Source: Candidatus Daviesbacteria bacterium
Lineage (GTDB): Bacteria; Patescibacteriota; Microgenomatia; Daviesbacterales; UBA10151
Direction of reading: 5' to 3'
DNA length: 64,000 nt
Assembly (NCBI GenBank): GCA_016198275.1
Contig: JACQIX010000010.1
Location: 172 to 64,171, forward strand
The position numbers and the translations under genes were made by a program. The notes under the pieces were generated by a model, which was given only the letters and a program-made list of their open reading frames with translations, did no database searches and was not told the DNA's origin. Below are positions 37,592 to 47,016 of this stretch, piece after piece. Every line of letters begins with the position of its first letter. Within the stretch, counting starts at the first letter, position 1.

Positions 37592-38641
37592 ATGGAAAGA
37601 TTAAAGGTGGCCATTTTGCCTGCCGGCGGAGCATTTGGTACAGCTATGTCAATACCTATTTCTGCTAACGGTCACGAAGTTACGCTTGTCTTTAGAGACG
37701 AAGATAAGGCTCAGATGTTTGGAGCGACCCGTCAGATTGGACGACTACCAGGAGTTATTTTTCCAGAAAGTATCGGATTTATTTCTGATACAGCAGAAGC
37801 TGTTAAAGATGCTGATTTATTGGTTTTAGCAACTCCTGCCCGTTATCTCGCAAGTTATTATCTTGAACAAATACAACCAAATATTGGGGAGGATACAATA
37901 ATTTTATGTTCAACCAAAGGATTAGTTGAGGTAGATGGTCAATATCTAAGACCTTCAGAAGTTATTTCACACTTTGATCCGAAAGCAGCCCAACGAACAG
38001 CTATTTTGTCTGGACCTAATTTTGCCAAAGAGATTGCTCAAAGTTTACCTTTTATGACAGTGATAGCATCACAAAATCCATCTTTGGCAGAAAAAATGGT
38101 AGATATATTTAATTTAACTTCTCAAATTAGAATTTATCCCAGTGATGATTTGGCAGGAGTTGAATTTGGAGGAGCATTTAAAAACACCATTGCAATTGCA
38201 GCAGGGGTCAGTGATGGCCGTCAATATGGAGAAAATGCCAGAACTGGCTTAATAAGTAGAGGGAAAGCTGAAATAGCCCGTTTGGTGCAGGCTTTGGGAG
38301 GAAGAAGAGAAACAGTAACAGAAGGATTGGTTGGAGCAGATTTGTGGATGAGCTGTACCAGTAATCAAAGTAGAAACCATAAGTTTGGGAAAAAGATAGG
38401 CAGAGGTGAAGATCCTCAAGAGCTTTTACAATCCCAAACAGTTGAAGGGTACTATACAGCTAGAATAGCTTTTAAACTGGCAAGAAGACATAGGATTGAA
38501 ACGCCGATCATAGATGCTGTTTACGAAGTGCTTTATAATGGAGTTACAGTAGATGAGGCAATCAGACAGCTTCAGGAGAGAAAGCCTGTTTATGAAGATG
38601 GCAGGCCGCTTATAAGAAGTTTAGTTAGTAGTGATTTTTAG
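37592..38641 (+). CDS. gpsA: NAD(P)H-dependent glycerol-3-phosphate dehydrogenase
   Basis: GGAFGTA, TKGL, LSGPNFAKE, GVEFGGAFKN, SRN, VEG. Confidence 0.93.
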   Translation: MERLKVAILPAGGAFGTAMSIPISANGHEVTLVFRDEDKAQMFGATRQIGRLPGVIFPESIGFISDTAEAVKDADLLVLATPARYLASYYLEQIQPNIGEDTIILCSTKGLVEVDGQYLRPSEVISHFDPKAAQRTAILSGPNFAKEIAQSLPFMTVIASQNPSLAEKMVDIFNLTSQIRIYPSDDLAGVEFGGAFKNTIAIAAGVSDGRQYGENARTGLISRGKAEIARLVQALGGRRETVTEGLVGADLWMSCTSNQSRNHKFGKKIGRGEDPQELLQSQTVEGYYTARIAFKLARRHRIETPIIDAVYEVLYNGVTVDEAIRQLQERKPVYEDGRPLIRSLVSSDF

Positions 38642-39472
38642 AATAAACTGATAATCAAAAATAAACAGATAAGCTGACATTAAACAAAATCCAAAGATTA
38701 AAAACCAGGATCCTTTTAGAATAAATTTCTTACCCGGATTACCCAGTAAAGTTAAGCAAAACCCGATACAAATCAAAAGATAAGCTAAAATAATAAGATG
38801 AAAGGGAACCACTAGAGATAAAATTATCAATATGGCTGCACAATAAACAGCAGTCAGTCTTCTGCCCAAAAATACCGAAGTGGTATTATAGTCTAGATTT
38901 TTATCTACTTCATAATCTGCCAAGGTTGATAATGCATGAGCAGCTATAAAACCTAAAAAAATTATCCATACAATCAAAGGCAGCTTAAAAATATCTATTT
39001 GGCCTTTCTGGCTAAACCCCAATAAATAAACTAACAACATCCCGACTGCATTAATCAAAGAATCTAAAAAGGGTCGTCCCTTAAGTCTTAAAGGTTTAAA
39101 TGAATAAGCATAAGCCAGCAGTGGAACAATCAAAATTAATATAGCTGCCAGGAAGTTGTTTAATAGGAAAAAAGTTACGGCAAAGCTAATAGTGATAATT
39201 GATACAGACCATAGTAAAAAAGGGATGTCGGATTTTTTGAGTATATTTCCCTGCCAACCCCCTTTTCTTGGATTGTTAATATCAGACTTTCTGTCTGCGA
39301 TGTCATTGATACTAAAAATCGTTATCCCCAAAGGCATTGTAACGTAAAATAAACTTAGGAAAGCATTAACATTCCAAATGCCTGAAGTTACTATTCCCAA
39401 AAGGCAGATAAAAAAATAGACACTCCAAAACACTGGCCTGCTGGTTAAAAGTAACAGCTTTAGTTTACCCAC
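38621..39472 (-). CDS. UbiA-family prenyltransferase, lycopene elongase (CrtEb/LyeJ)-like
   Basis: SRP..W, INDIADRKSDINNPRKGG, YSFKPLRLKGRPFLDSL, AAHALSTLADYEVD; multi-TM. Confidence 0.8.
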   Translation of the reverse strand: MGKLKLLLLTSRPVFWSVYFFICLLGIVTSGIWNVNAFLSLFYVTMPLGITIFSINDIADRKSDINNPRKGGWQGNILKKSDIPFLLWSVSIITISFAVTFFLLNNFLAAILILIVPLLAYAYSFKPLRLKGRPFLDSLINAVGMLLVYLLGFSQKGQIDIFKLPLIVWIIFLGFIAAHALSTLADYEVDKNLDYNTTSVFLGRRLTAVYCAAILIILSLVVPFHLIILAYLLICIGFCLTLLGNPGKKFILKGSWFLIFGFCLMSAYLFIFDYQFILKITTN

Positions 39473-39518
39473 CCTTTAATTGTAAGAGTAGGATAAATTA
39501 AAGTAAATAATTTAACTA

Positions 39519-39580
39519 TTGCATTTTTATCTTAACTGAGGTATATTTCTAATATTCCAGCTTAGAAAAAGCTGGATTTT
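39519..39580 (+). promoter_or_regulatory. tuf promoter and leader hairpin
   Basis: TTGCAT-17-TATATT; TCCAGCT-tagaaaa-AGCTGGA followed by TTTT. Confidence 0.6.
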
Positions 39581-39591
39581 AAACGCTTATC

Positions 39592-40776
39592 ATGGCAGAC
39601 GTAAAAAAATTTGATAGAAGCAAACCACACGTTAATGTCGGCACCATGGGTCATGTTGACCATGGTAAAACTACTTTAACTGCAGCAATTACCAAGGTCT
39701 TAGCGGCAAAAGGTTTGGCTGAAGCCCGTTCAGTTGACCAGATTGACAATGCGCCGGAAGAAAAAGCCCGCGGCATTACCATCAATATTTCCCATCAGGA
39801 ATATGAAACAGAAAAAAGACATTATGCCCATATTGATATGCCCGGTCACGCGGACTACATCAAAAATATGATTACCGGCGCTGCTCAAACTGACGGAGCA
39901 ATACTGGTAGTTTCCGCCCCTGACGGACCAATGCCCCAAACCAGAGAACATTTGTTACTTGCCCGTCAGGTAGGAGTTCCTGCTATTGTAGTTTATCTTA
40001 ATAAAGTGGATATGGTGGATGACCCTGAACTTTTGGATTTGGTGGAAGAGGAAGTGCGGGATCTTTTGAAAAAATATGAATATGATCCACAGTCTCCGAT
40101 TATTCGCGGATCAGCAAAGAAAGCATTAGAAGGTGATAGTGAGGCTGTTAAATCAATTGAAGAATTAATGAGTAAAGTTGATGAGTGGATTCCTACTCCT
40201 GTCCGAGATATTGATAAACCATTTTTGATGGCCGTTGAGGATGTTTTCTCCATCAAAGGTCGAGGAACAGTAGTCACCGGTAGAATTGAAAGAGGCAAGG
40301 TTAAGGTTAATGAGGAAATTGAGATTGTGGGGATCAGACCGACTAAAAAGAGCGTGGTAACAGGCATTGAAATGTTTCATAAACTATTGGATGAGGGACA
40401 AGCAGGGGATAATGCTGGAATACTCCTTCGGGGTATTGAAAAAGATGATGTGGAAAGGGGACAAGTTTTGGCAAAGCCCGGATCCATTACCCCCCATAGC
40501 GAATTTGAAGCAGAAGTTTATGTTTTATCTAAAGAAGAAGGGGGAAGGCATACTCCCTTTTTCAAAGGCTACAGACCGCAATTTTATATTAGAACTACTG
40601 ATGTGACCGGGGAAGTAGAATTGCCCCAAGGGGTGGAAATGGCTATACCGGGAGATACAGTCAAAGTTACCGGAAAATTGATTACTCCGGTGGCTATGGA
40701 AGAAGGTTTAAGGTTTGCTGTCAGAGAGGGTGGGAAAACCGTGGGAGCTGGAGTTATCACCAAGATTATTGCTTAG
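39592..40776 (+). CDS. tuf: Elongation factor Tu
   Basis: [36 protein letters not shown]. Confidence 0.99.
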   Translation: MADVKKFDRSKPHVNVGTMGHVDHGKTTLTAAITKVLAAKGLAEARSVDQIDNAPEEKARGITINISHQEYETEKRHYAHIDMPGHADYIKNMITGAAQTDGAILVVSAPDGPMPQTREHLLLARQVGVPAIVVYLNKVDMVDDPELLDLVEEEVRDLLKKYEYDPQSPIIRGSAKKALEGDSEAVKSIEELMSKVDEWIPTPVRDIDKPFLMAVEDVFSIKGRGTVVTGRIERGKVKVNEEIEIVGIRPTKKSVVTGIEMFHKLLDEGQAGDNAGILLRGIEKDDVERGQVLAKPGSITPHSEFEAEVYVLSKEEGGRHTPFFKGYRPQFYIRTTDVTGEVELPQGVEMAIPGDTVKVTGKLITPVAMEEGLRFAVREGGKTVGAGVITKIIA

Positions 40777-40816
40777 AGTTTAAAATAAGCTATAATCGCA
40801 CATTGAAAGGACTATA

Positions 40817-41125
40817 TTGCCAAGAGGACGCATTCGTGTAAAACTGAAAAGTTACGATCATCGGGTATTGGATAATACTTGTGAATCCCTTTTGGATACA
40901 GCCCTTCGGACTGGTGCTAAAATTGTCGGTCCCATTCCTCTTCCTACCAAATTTGAACGTATCACTGTTTTAACTTCACCTCATACAGATAAAGATTCCA
41001 GAGAAGCTTTTGAGATAAGAACCCACAAAAGAGTTATAGATATTATTGAACCGACTCAAAAAACCATTGATTCCTTAATGCATCTTGAAATTCCAGCTGG
41101 AGTTGATATAGAAGTTAAGATGTAG
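40817..41125 (+). CDS. rpsJ: 30S ribosomal protein S10
   Basis: [26 protein letters not shown]; TTG start. Confidence 0.98.
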   Translation: MPRGRIRVKLKSYDHRVLDNTCESLLDTALRTGAKIVGPIPLPTKFERITVLTSPHTDKDSREAFEIRTHKRVIDIIEPTQKTIDSLMHLEIPAGVDIEVKM

Positions 41126-41146
41126 TCGCTTGGGTTTATATATACC

Positions 41147-41301
41147 TTGCATTTAGCTTCGGGCTTTGTTACAATTCTTCTGTAATTTCAGTAAATTGTG
41201 CGTCCTGAGCACTTCGATTTCACTGGTGTGAAGGATACGACAATTGAAGCACAAGATACTGAGTGAGATCCTGAGCATAGTCGGAAGGACTCACTCTTTT
41301 T
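41147..41301 (+). promoter_or_regulatory. Internal promoter and two-hairpin attenuator-like leader of rplC
   Basis: TTGCAT-17-TACAAT; hairpin 41194-41245; terminator GAGTGAG...CTCACTC TTTTT 41261-41301. Confidence 0.7.
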
Positions 41302-41330
41302 AATGTCTAAATAATATCTAAATAATATCT
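41301..41330. repeat. 11-bp tandem repeat before rplC start
   Basis: taatgtctaaa taatatctaaa taatatct then ATG. Confidence 0.6.
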
Positions 41331-42134
41331 ATGATAAACAGTTTGTTAGGAACAAAAAAAAGAATGACTTCAACTTATGATTCCCGGGGAAGAAGGGTAG
41401 GTGCTACTGTAGTAGAAATGCAGCCAAATTTTATTACCCAAATTAAGACAACCGGCAGTAAAGACGGCTACAATGCAGTACAAATTGGGTACGGGACTAA
41501 AAAAAGTGTTAAAAAACCCCAGCTTGGGCATACAAAAAAAGCAGGACTTGATACAAAAATTAGATGGTTTAAAGAAGTAAGAATTATTGAACAAAATCCC
41601 TCGATTACGCTCGGGATCTTGCGACCTGGAACAGGAATTAAACTGGACCAGGTTTTTTCAATCGGTGATGCGGTTAAAGTTACCGGTATCTCCAAAGGCA
41701 AAGGTTTCCAAGGTGGAGTAAGACGCCACGGTTTCCATGGTGGACCTAAAACTCACGGGCAATCTGACAGACACAGAGCACCTGGAGCAATTGGTTCAGG
41801 CACTACCCCGGGCAGGGTTTATAAGGGTAAAAAAATGGCCGGCCATATGGGTGATGTTTCTGTCAGTGTGAAAAATTTGGAAATAGTAGATTTAGACAAG
41901 AGCAAAAATTTATTAGTGGTGAAAGGGGCTGTTCCCGGCGCAAGCAATAGTTTGGTGATTATAACAAAGTTAGGCACAGTTAAAGGTTATACTCCCCCAC
42001 CTGAAGAGAAATTATCTGAGGAAGATATTCAGAAAGACTCGGAAAACTCAGAAAAACAGAAAGCCGGAGATTTAGAAAAACCAGAGAGTCAAACTTCTGG
42101 AACTACGGAGGTAAAAGAAGATGCCCAGGGTTAA
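41331..42134 (+). CDS. rplC: 50S ribosomal protein L3 (with C-terminal extension)
   Basis: DGYNAVQIG, SKGKGFQGGVRRH, PGRVYKGKKMAGHMG. Confidence 0.98.
   Translation: MINSLLGTKKRMTSTYDSRGRRVGATVVEMQPNFITQIKTTGSKDGYNAVQIGYGTKKSVKKPQLGHTKKAGLDTKIRWFKEVRIIEQNPSITLGILRPGTGIKLDQVFSIGDAVKVTGISKGKGFQGGVRRHGFHGGPKTHGQSDRHRAPGAIGSGTTPGRVYKGKKMAGHMGDVSVSVKNLEIVDLDKSKNLLVVKGAVPGASNSLVIITKLGTVKGYTPPPEEKLSEEDIQKDSENSEKQKAGDLEKPESQTSGTTEVKEDAQG
41596..41617. repeat. REP-like palindrome in-frame in rplC
   Basis: ATCCCTCGATTACGCTCGGGAT, encoding PSITLGI. Confidence 0.75.
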
Positions 42135-42876
42135 AAAAGAAACACCGGTTCAGAAATTCTCTATTACGTCATTGCGAATGAAAGCGAAGTCACGTATTAG
42201 GAAGCCTGCGGTTTCTCGCAATGATAAATTAAGTGTACCAATTTATTCTCTAGCTGGACGCTCTGGGGGAACATTGAGTTTGTCAAAAGAGATCTTTGGC
42301 CAAAAGGTAAATAAAAAATTACTGGCTCAAGCTGTCAGGGTTTATTTAACTAACAGAAAGAGTTTGTTGGCATCCACTAAAACCAGAGGAGAGGTAGAAG
42401 GTTCCACTGCCAAAATCTACAGACAAAAAGGTACTGGCAGAGCCAGACATGGATCAATTAGGGCACCAATTTTTGTGGGGGGGGGAATAGTTTTTGGTCC
42501 AAAAGCTAGAAAAGTAAGACTTGATCTGCCAAAAAAGATGAGAAAAGCAGCTTTAATTTCTGCTCTGTCTGCTAAGACGGAAGATCAGTCTATTTTAGGA
42601 TTATCAGGTTTAGATAAGTTATCAGGTAAAACCAAAGAAATAGCTAAGTTAATGTCATCACTCAGAAAGAAAAAACAAATAAGTACATTAATTATCACAA
42701 CAGACAAAATGGATAACGTAGTCCGAGGAACAAGAAATATTCCAAATATTAGAGTTTTGCCAGTAAATCTTGTCAATGTTTATGAAGTTTTAAGATATAA
42801 ATTGCTTTTAATAAGCAAAGAAGCAGCGGAAAAATTGGGTCAATTACAGAAGGAGAAAAAGAATGGTAATACTTAA
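42121..42876 (+). CDS. rplD: 50S ribosomal protein L4 (with N-terminal extension)
   Basis: TKTRGEVEG, QKGTGRARHGS, GGGIVFGP. Confidence 0.98.
   Translation: MPRVKKETPVQKFSITSLRMKAKSRIRKPAVSRNDKLSVPIYSLAGRSGGTLSLSKEIFGQKVNKKLLAQAVRVYLTNRKSLLASTKTRGEVEGSTAKIYRQKGTGRARHGSIRAPIFVGGGIVFGPKARKVRLDLPKKMRKAALISALSAKTEDQSILGLSGLDKLSGKTKEIAKLMSSLRKKKQISTLIITTDKMDNVVRGTRNIPNIRVLPVNLVNVYEVLRYKLLLISKEAAEKLGQLQKEKKNGNT
42168..42225. repeat. RPE-like palindrome in-frame in rplD N-terminus
   Basis: GTCATTGCGA ... TCGCAATGAT terminal inverted repeats, encoding SLR...SRND. Confidence 0.7.
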
Positions 42877-43291
42877 ACGTCCTATTATCACTGAGAAATC
42901 AATGAAGCTTGCCCAAAATAATTTTTATACTTTTGAAGTAGATAAGGTAGTAACTAAATCGATGGTAGCCAAAGCAGTAACGGAAAAGTTTAATGTTAAA
43001 GTTTTGAAAGTAAAAACCATCAATGTTAAGAGTCAGACTAAATCGCAAAAAAGGGTCAGGAAGCTTTATCAAACAAAAGGCCTTAAAAAGGCGATAGTGC
43101 AAGTGGAAAAAGGGGCAAAGATTGCCCTTTTTGAAACCCCGAAAACAGAAGAAGTAACCGTGACAACTGCAGAAGGTGAACCAATCAAGCTAAAAGAGAA
43201 AAAAGATTTCTTAGGCAGAATAAAAGTTAAGGTGGAAAAGTCAGCTGTGGGAGCAGCTCCAACCACCCAAAGGAAGGTGATTCCGACGTAA
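42863..43291 (+). CDS. rplW: 50S ribosomal protein L23 (with C-terminal extension)
   Basis: ILKRPIITEKS, YTFEVD, KKAIV. Confidence 0.95.
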   Translation: MVILKRPIITEKSMKLAQNNFYTFEVDKVVTKSMVAKAVTEKFNVKVLKVKTINVKSQTKSQKRVRKLYQTKGLKKAIVQVEKGAKIALFETPKTEEVTVTTAEGEPIKLKEKKDFLGRIKVKVEKSAVGAAPTTQRKVIPT

Positions 43292-43332
43292 GGAGGAATC
43301 CTCCTGAGCAACTCATTAAAGAGTGCGAAGGA
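43279..43332. repeat. Two adjacent REP-like palindromes at rplW-rplB junction
   Basis: GATTCCGACGTAAGGAGGAATC (contains the rplW stop) then TCCTGAGC-aactcattaaagagt-GCGAAGGA. Confidence 0.65.
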
Positions 43333-43339
43333 TTTCGCT

Positions 43340-44095
43340 ATGAAAACAGAAAACGCAAAAAAACTAAGAACATTACTTAAAAAACACTCCGGCAGATCTG
43401 CTGGTGGCATGGTGACAGTCAGAAGTCAGGGTGGAAGGCACAAAAGATATTATAGGCATATTGATTTTGCCAGAAATAAATTTGGAGTCTTAGGTGAGGT
43501 GGTAGCCCTGGAGTATGATCCTAACAGAAATGTTGATATTGCCTTGATTAAATATGAAGATGGTGAATATCATTACATACTGGCTCCCAAAGGGTTAAAT
43601 TTAGGGGACAAAGTTATCTCTGATGAGAAAGTAGAACTTAAAGTAGGAAATGCCATGAAATTAAAAAATATTACAATTGGGTCTTTAGTTCATAATGTAG
43701 AGCTTACTGCAGGTAGAGGTGGACAAATAGGCAGAAGTGCTGGAGTGGGATTGCAGCTTTTGGCAAAGGAAGGTACTTTTGCCAATTTGAAAATGCCTTC
43801 AGGCGAGACCAGGTTAATACCTTTGGAATCAATGGCCACAATTGGCTCTTTAGGTAATGAGGATATGAAGCAGCAGGTATTAGGAAAAGCAGGTAAGTCC
43901 CGCCACATGGGAATTAAACCGACTGTCCGCGGTGTGGCTCAGGATCCTGATTCGCACCCACATGGCGGGGGAGAGGGCCGCTCTGGCATAGGCAGGAAAA
44001 GACCGATGACCAAATACGGTAGAAGCGCTGTTGGCAAGAGAAGACAAAAAAACAAATATTCGAATAGATACATAATATCACAAAGGAAAGGATGA
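43340..44095 (+). CDS. rplB: 50S ribosomal protein L2 (N-terminally short)
   Basis: EYDPNR, GRSAG, PTVRGVA...HPHGGGEG. Confidence 0.98.
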   Translation: MKTENAKKLRTLLKKHSGRSAGGMVTVRSQGGRHKRYYRHIDFARNKFGVLGEVVALEYDPNRNVDIALIKYEDGEYHYILAPKGLNLGDKVISDEKVELKVGNAMKLKNITIGSLVHNVELTAGRGGQIGRSAGVGLQLLAKEGTFANLKMPSGETRLIPLESMATIGSLGNEDMKQQVLGKAGKSRHMGIKPTVRGVAQDPDSHPHGGGEGRSGIGRKRPMTKYGRSAVGKRRQKNKYSNRYIISQRKG

Positions 44096-44096
44096 T

Positions 44097-44381
44097 ATGA
44101 GTAGAAGTATTAAAAAGGGAATATATATAGATCAAAAGTTAATGCAAAAAGTGCAAAAGATAAAAAGTGGAGGATCTAAAACTCCAATTAAAACTTGGGC
44201 CAGAGGTAGTCAAATCCCACCGGAGTTTGTTGGTCTAACTTTTTTGGTTCACCAGGGCAAAAATTTTGTGACTGTTTTTGTGACAGAGTCAATGGTAGGA
44301 CACAGATTAGGCGAATTTGCGCCGACCAGAGTTTTTCGCGGTCATGGAAAGGTGACTGAAAAATCAACGTCAAAAACGTAA
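44097..44381 (+). CDS. rpsS: 30S ribosomal protein S19
   Basis: [21 protein letters not shown]. Confidence 0.98.
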   Translation: MSRSIKKGIYIDQKLMQKVQKIKSGGSKTPIKTWARGSQIPPEFVGLTFLVHQGKNFVTVFVTESMVGHRLGEFAPTRVFRGHGKVTEKSTSKT

Positions 44382-44402
44382 GGACCTTTGGACTGAAAAC
44401 AT

Positions 44403-44825
44403 ATGGAAGTACAGACAATACAAAGATATATACACACAAGTCCTCGTAAGCTGAGGTTGGTATCTGATATGGTGAGAAAAATGGAACCTGAGAAAGTGTT
44501 GGATATTTTAAGGGTTACACCAAAAAGCGCTGCCAAAGTTTTAGCTGGAGCAATTAAGACAGTTTTGGCAAATGCCAAACAACAGGGAATGGATACAAGC
44601 AAAATTACATTCAAATTACTGGAAATAAACGAAAGCATGAAAATGCGCCGCCTAAGAGCAGGAACCAGAGGAAGAGCAAAGCAATATAAAAGAAGGATGA
44701 GCCATATTAAAATAATTCTGACAGATGATTTAAATCTCAAACCTCAAAATTCAAAACTTAAAAAAAGAAAAGGAGGTAAACAGATTGAGGTCGTAATGGA
44801 CAATTCGGCTGAAAGTGCCAAATAA
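44403..44825 (+). CDS. rplV: 50S ribosomal protein L22
   Basis: SPRKLRLV, RGRA...KRRMSHI. Confidence 0.96.
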   Translation: MEVQTIQRYIHTSPRKLRLVSDMVRKMEPEKVLDILRVTPKSAAKVLAGAIKTVLANAKQQGMDTSKITFKLLEINESMKMRRLRAGTRGRAKQYKRRMSHIKIILTDDLNLKPQNSKLKKRKGGKQIEVVMDNSAESAK

Positions 44826-44860
44826 CAGTCTAAAGATACGTACCTAATTTGTCCAAAAAT

Positions 44861-45499
44861 ATGGGTCAAAAGATTCATCCGGTTGGTTTTAGATTAGGAT
44901 TAGGTGCAAGTTGGAAATCCCGCTGGTTTGCCAGTGGTTTGAAATATCAACAATATGTTAGGCAAGATATTAAAATCAGAGATCTGTTGATGAAGAAACT
45001 TAAATCTGCAGGTATCCATTCTGTGGAGATTGAAAGGGCTGTCAATAAGCTTAAAGTCATAATTTTCGTTTCCCGGCCCGGAGTTTTAATTGGCAGAGGA
45101 GGCAGCGGTTTATCGGAGATAAAGAAATTCTTGATAAGTCAGCTGAAAATTAAAGAAAACAGCCTAGAGGTTGTGCCGATGGAATTAAGATCGGCAGATT
45201 TGTCAGCATATCTGGTTGCTCAATCTGTAGCCGAACAACTCTACCGCAGGTTGCCTGCCCAAAGGGTGATGAATCAGGTAATTGACCGGGTGATGAGAGC
45301 AGGGGCAAAAGGGGTAAGAGTTGTTTTATCAGGTAGGATTGGCGGAGCAGAAATTGCCAGGCGGGAGTGGAAGGCTCAGGGAAGTATGCCCTTACATACT
45401 TTAAGGGCTGATATTGACTTTGCCATTTACCCGGCCTTAACAAAATCCGGATTTGTGGGAGTAAAAGTGTGGATAAATAAAGGGGAAGTTAAAATATAA
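44861..45499 (+). CDS. rpsC: 30S ribosomal protein S3
   Basis: MGQKIHPVGFRLG, RPGVLIGRGG, PLHTLRADID. Confidence 0.98.
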   Translation: MGQKIHPVGFRLGLGASWKSRWFASGLKYQQYVRQDIKIRDLLMKKLKSAGIHSVEIERAVNKLKVIIFVSRPGVLIGRGGSGLSEIKKFLISQLKIKENSLEVVPMELRSADLSAYLVAQSVAEQLYRRLPAQRVMNQVIDRVMRAGAKGVRVVLSGRIGGAEIARREWKAQGSMPLHTLRADIDFAIYPALTKSGFVGVKVWINKGEVKI

Positions 45500-45508
45500 A
45501 AGGAGATT

Positions 45509-45919
45509 ATGGCTTTGTTACAACCAAAAAGAACTAAATATAGAAAAACTTTTAAAGGTAATAGGGGCGGAATTGCCACCAGAGGGAATAGTTTGGATTT
45601 TGGAACATTCGGCTTAAAAGCTATTGAAGCTGGATGGCTTTCAGCCAGACAGCTTGAGGCAGCACGTCGGGCTATGGCCCATTTTACCCAAAGAGGTGGG
45701 CGGATTTGGCTAAGAGTTTTTCCGGATAAGCCGGTGACTAAGCATCCGGCAGAATCAAGAATGGGTTTTGGTAAAGGCGATGTGGAAGGTTATGTGGTTG
45801 TTGTCAAGCCGGGACAATTAATCTTTGAAATGGGAGCTATCACCAAAGATATTGCCAAAGAAGCGCTCAGGTTAGCAGCACATAAATTACCTCTTAGCAC
45901 GAGGTTTGTGGAAAAGTAG
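45509..45919 (+). CDS. rplP: 50S ribosomal protein L16
   Basis: [26 protein letters not shown]. Confidence 0.98.
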   Translation: MALLQPKRTKYRKTFKGNRGGIATRGNSLDFGTFGLKAIEAGWLSARQLEAARRAMAHFTQRGGRIWLRVFPDKPVTKHPAESRMGFGKGDVEGYVVVVKPGQLIFEMGAITKDIAKEALRLAAHKLPLSTRFVEK

Positions 45920-45934
45920 ATTTATGATAAAACT

Positions 45935-46180
45935 ATGAAAAGAAATGAAATGGTGCAGATTAAAGGATTGAATATTAATAAGTTAAAAGATAAAGCTAAG
46001 TCTTTAAAAATGGAGATTTACAATCTGACTTTAGACAGTAAAATGAAGAAATTAAAAGATGTAAAACTAATTTCAAAAAGGAAAAAAGATTTGGCACAAG
46101 TTTTAACTATCCTCAGACAAAAAGAATTACTTGGAGAATTAGAATCTAAAGTTGAGAGAGGAGGTAAGTCGCTTAAGTGA
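45935..46180 (+). CDS. rpmC: 50S ribosomal protein L29
   Basis: Position between rplP and rpsQ; KKDLAQVLTIL. Confidence 0.88.
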   Translation: MKRNEMVQIKGLNINKLKDKAKSLKMEIYNLTLDSKMKKLKDVKLISKRKKDLAQVLTILRQKELLGELESKVERGGKSLK

Positions 46181-46192
46181 CTTAAGTTGCTT

Positions 46193-46633
46193 ATGGTCGG
46201 AAGAGTTATTTCAACAAAAATGAAAAGTACGGCTACTGTTTTAGTGGAAAGAGTAGCCATGCACCCTTTGTATAAAAAGACTTATGTCCAAAGTAAAAAA
46301 TATTTAGCTCACGACCTAATCGGAGTTAAAGATGGCGATTTGGTAGATATCATAAACTGTAAGCCTATTTCTAGGAAAAAAAACTGGCAAATAGTTAAAG
46401 TAGTGGGTAAGAATTTAGCGGAAATTACGGAGGAAAAGTTGAAGAAAGAGGCAGAAAAGGTAATTTTGGAAGTAATGCCGGAAGACAGATCGGAAAATTC
46501 TGAAAACTTAGATAGTCAGAATATCGGAATATCTGATAATCAGACAAACCGGAATTCTGATGTATCTGGTGCTCCGAGTAATTCTGAGATTTCTGGAAAG
46601 AAGAAATCTAGAAAAAAGAAAGAGGCAAAATAA
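46193..46633 (+). CDS. rpsQ: 30S ribosomal protein S17 with repeat-derived C-terminal extension
   Basis: GRVISTKM..T, HPLYKK, KKYLAHD, KPISRKK; start 46187 (TTG) or 46193 (ATG). Confidence 0.95.
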   Translation: MVGRVISTKMKSTATVLVERVAMHPLYKKTYVQSKKYLAHDLIGVKDGDLVDIINCKPISRKKNWQIVKVVGKNLAEITEEKLKKEAEKVILEVMPEDRSENSENLDSQNIGISDNQTNRNSDVSGAPSNSEISGKKKSRKKKEAK

Positions 46634-47001
46634 TGGTTCAGCATAGAACAAGATTGACAGTTGCAGATAATAGCGGAGCCAAAATTATCCAGGTGATTCA
46701 ACCATTGGGCGGTACAGGTAAAAGAAAGGCCATAGTTGGACAAATAGTAGTCGGCGTGGTTAAAGGAGCAGACCCTAATGGGGCTGTAAAAAATCATGAG
46801 ATAGTTAAAACAGTGATTGTCAGATGTAAAAAGGAAATTCGGCGTGATGATGGTAGTTATATTAAATTTGACGACAATGCCGGAGTAATTGTTGATAATG
46901 AGGGAAATTTGAAAGCGACGCGTATCTTCGGACCGATTGCCAGAGAAGTTAGAGATGCAGGATACACAAAAATTGTATCGTTAGCACAGGAAGTATGGTA
47001 A
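46633..47001 (+). CDS. rplN: 50S ribosomal protein L14
   Basis: VADNSGAK, FDDNA, TRIFGPIARE. Confidence 0.98.
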   Translation: MVQHRTRLTVADNSGAKIIQVIQPLGGTGKRKAIVGQIVVGVVKGADPNGAVKNHEIVKTVIVRCKKEIRRDDGSYIKFDDNAGVIVDNEGNLKATRIFGPIAREVRDAGYTKIVSLAQEVW

Positions 47002-47016
47002 AGGAGGTTAATAAAA

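Noticed and set aside
43255-43291. L23 tail PTTQRK as a relocated L2 N-terminus (KPTT motif)
   Set aside because: Only a three-residue match; insufficient evidence
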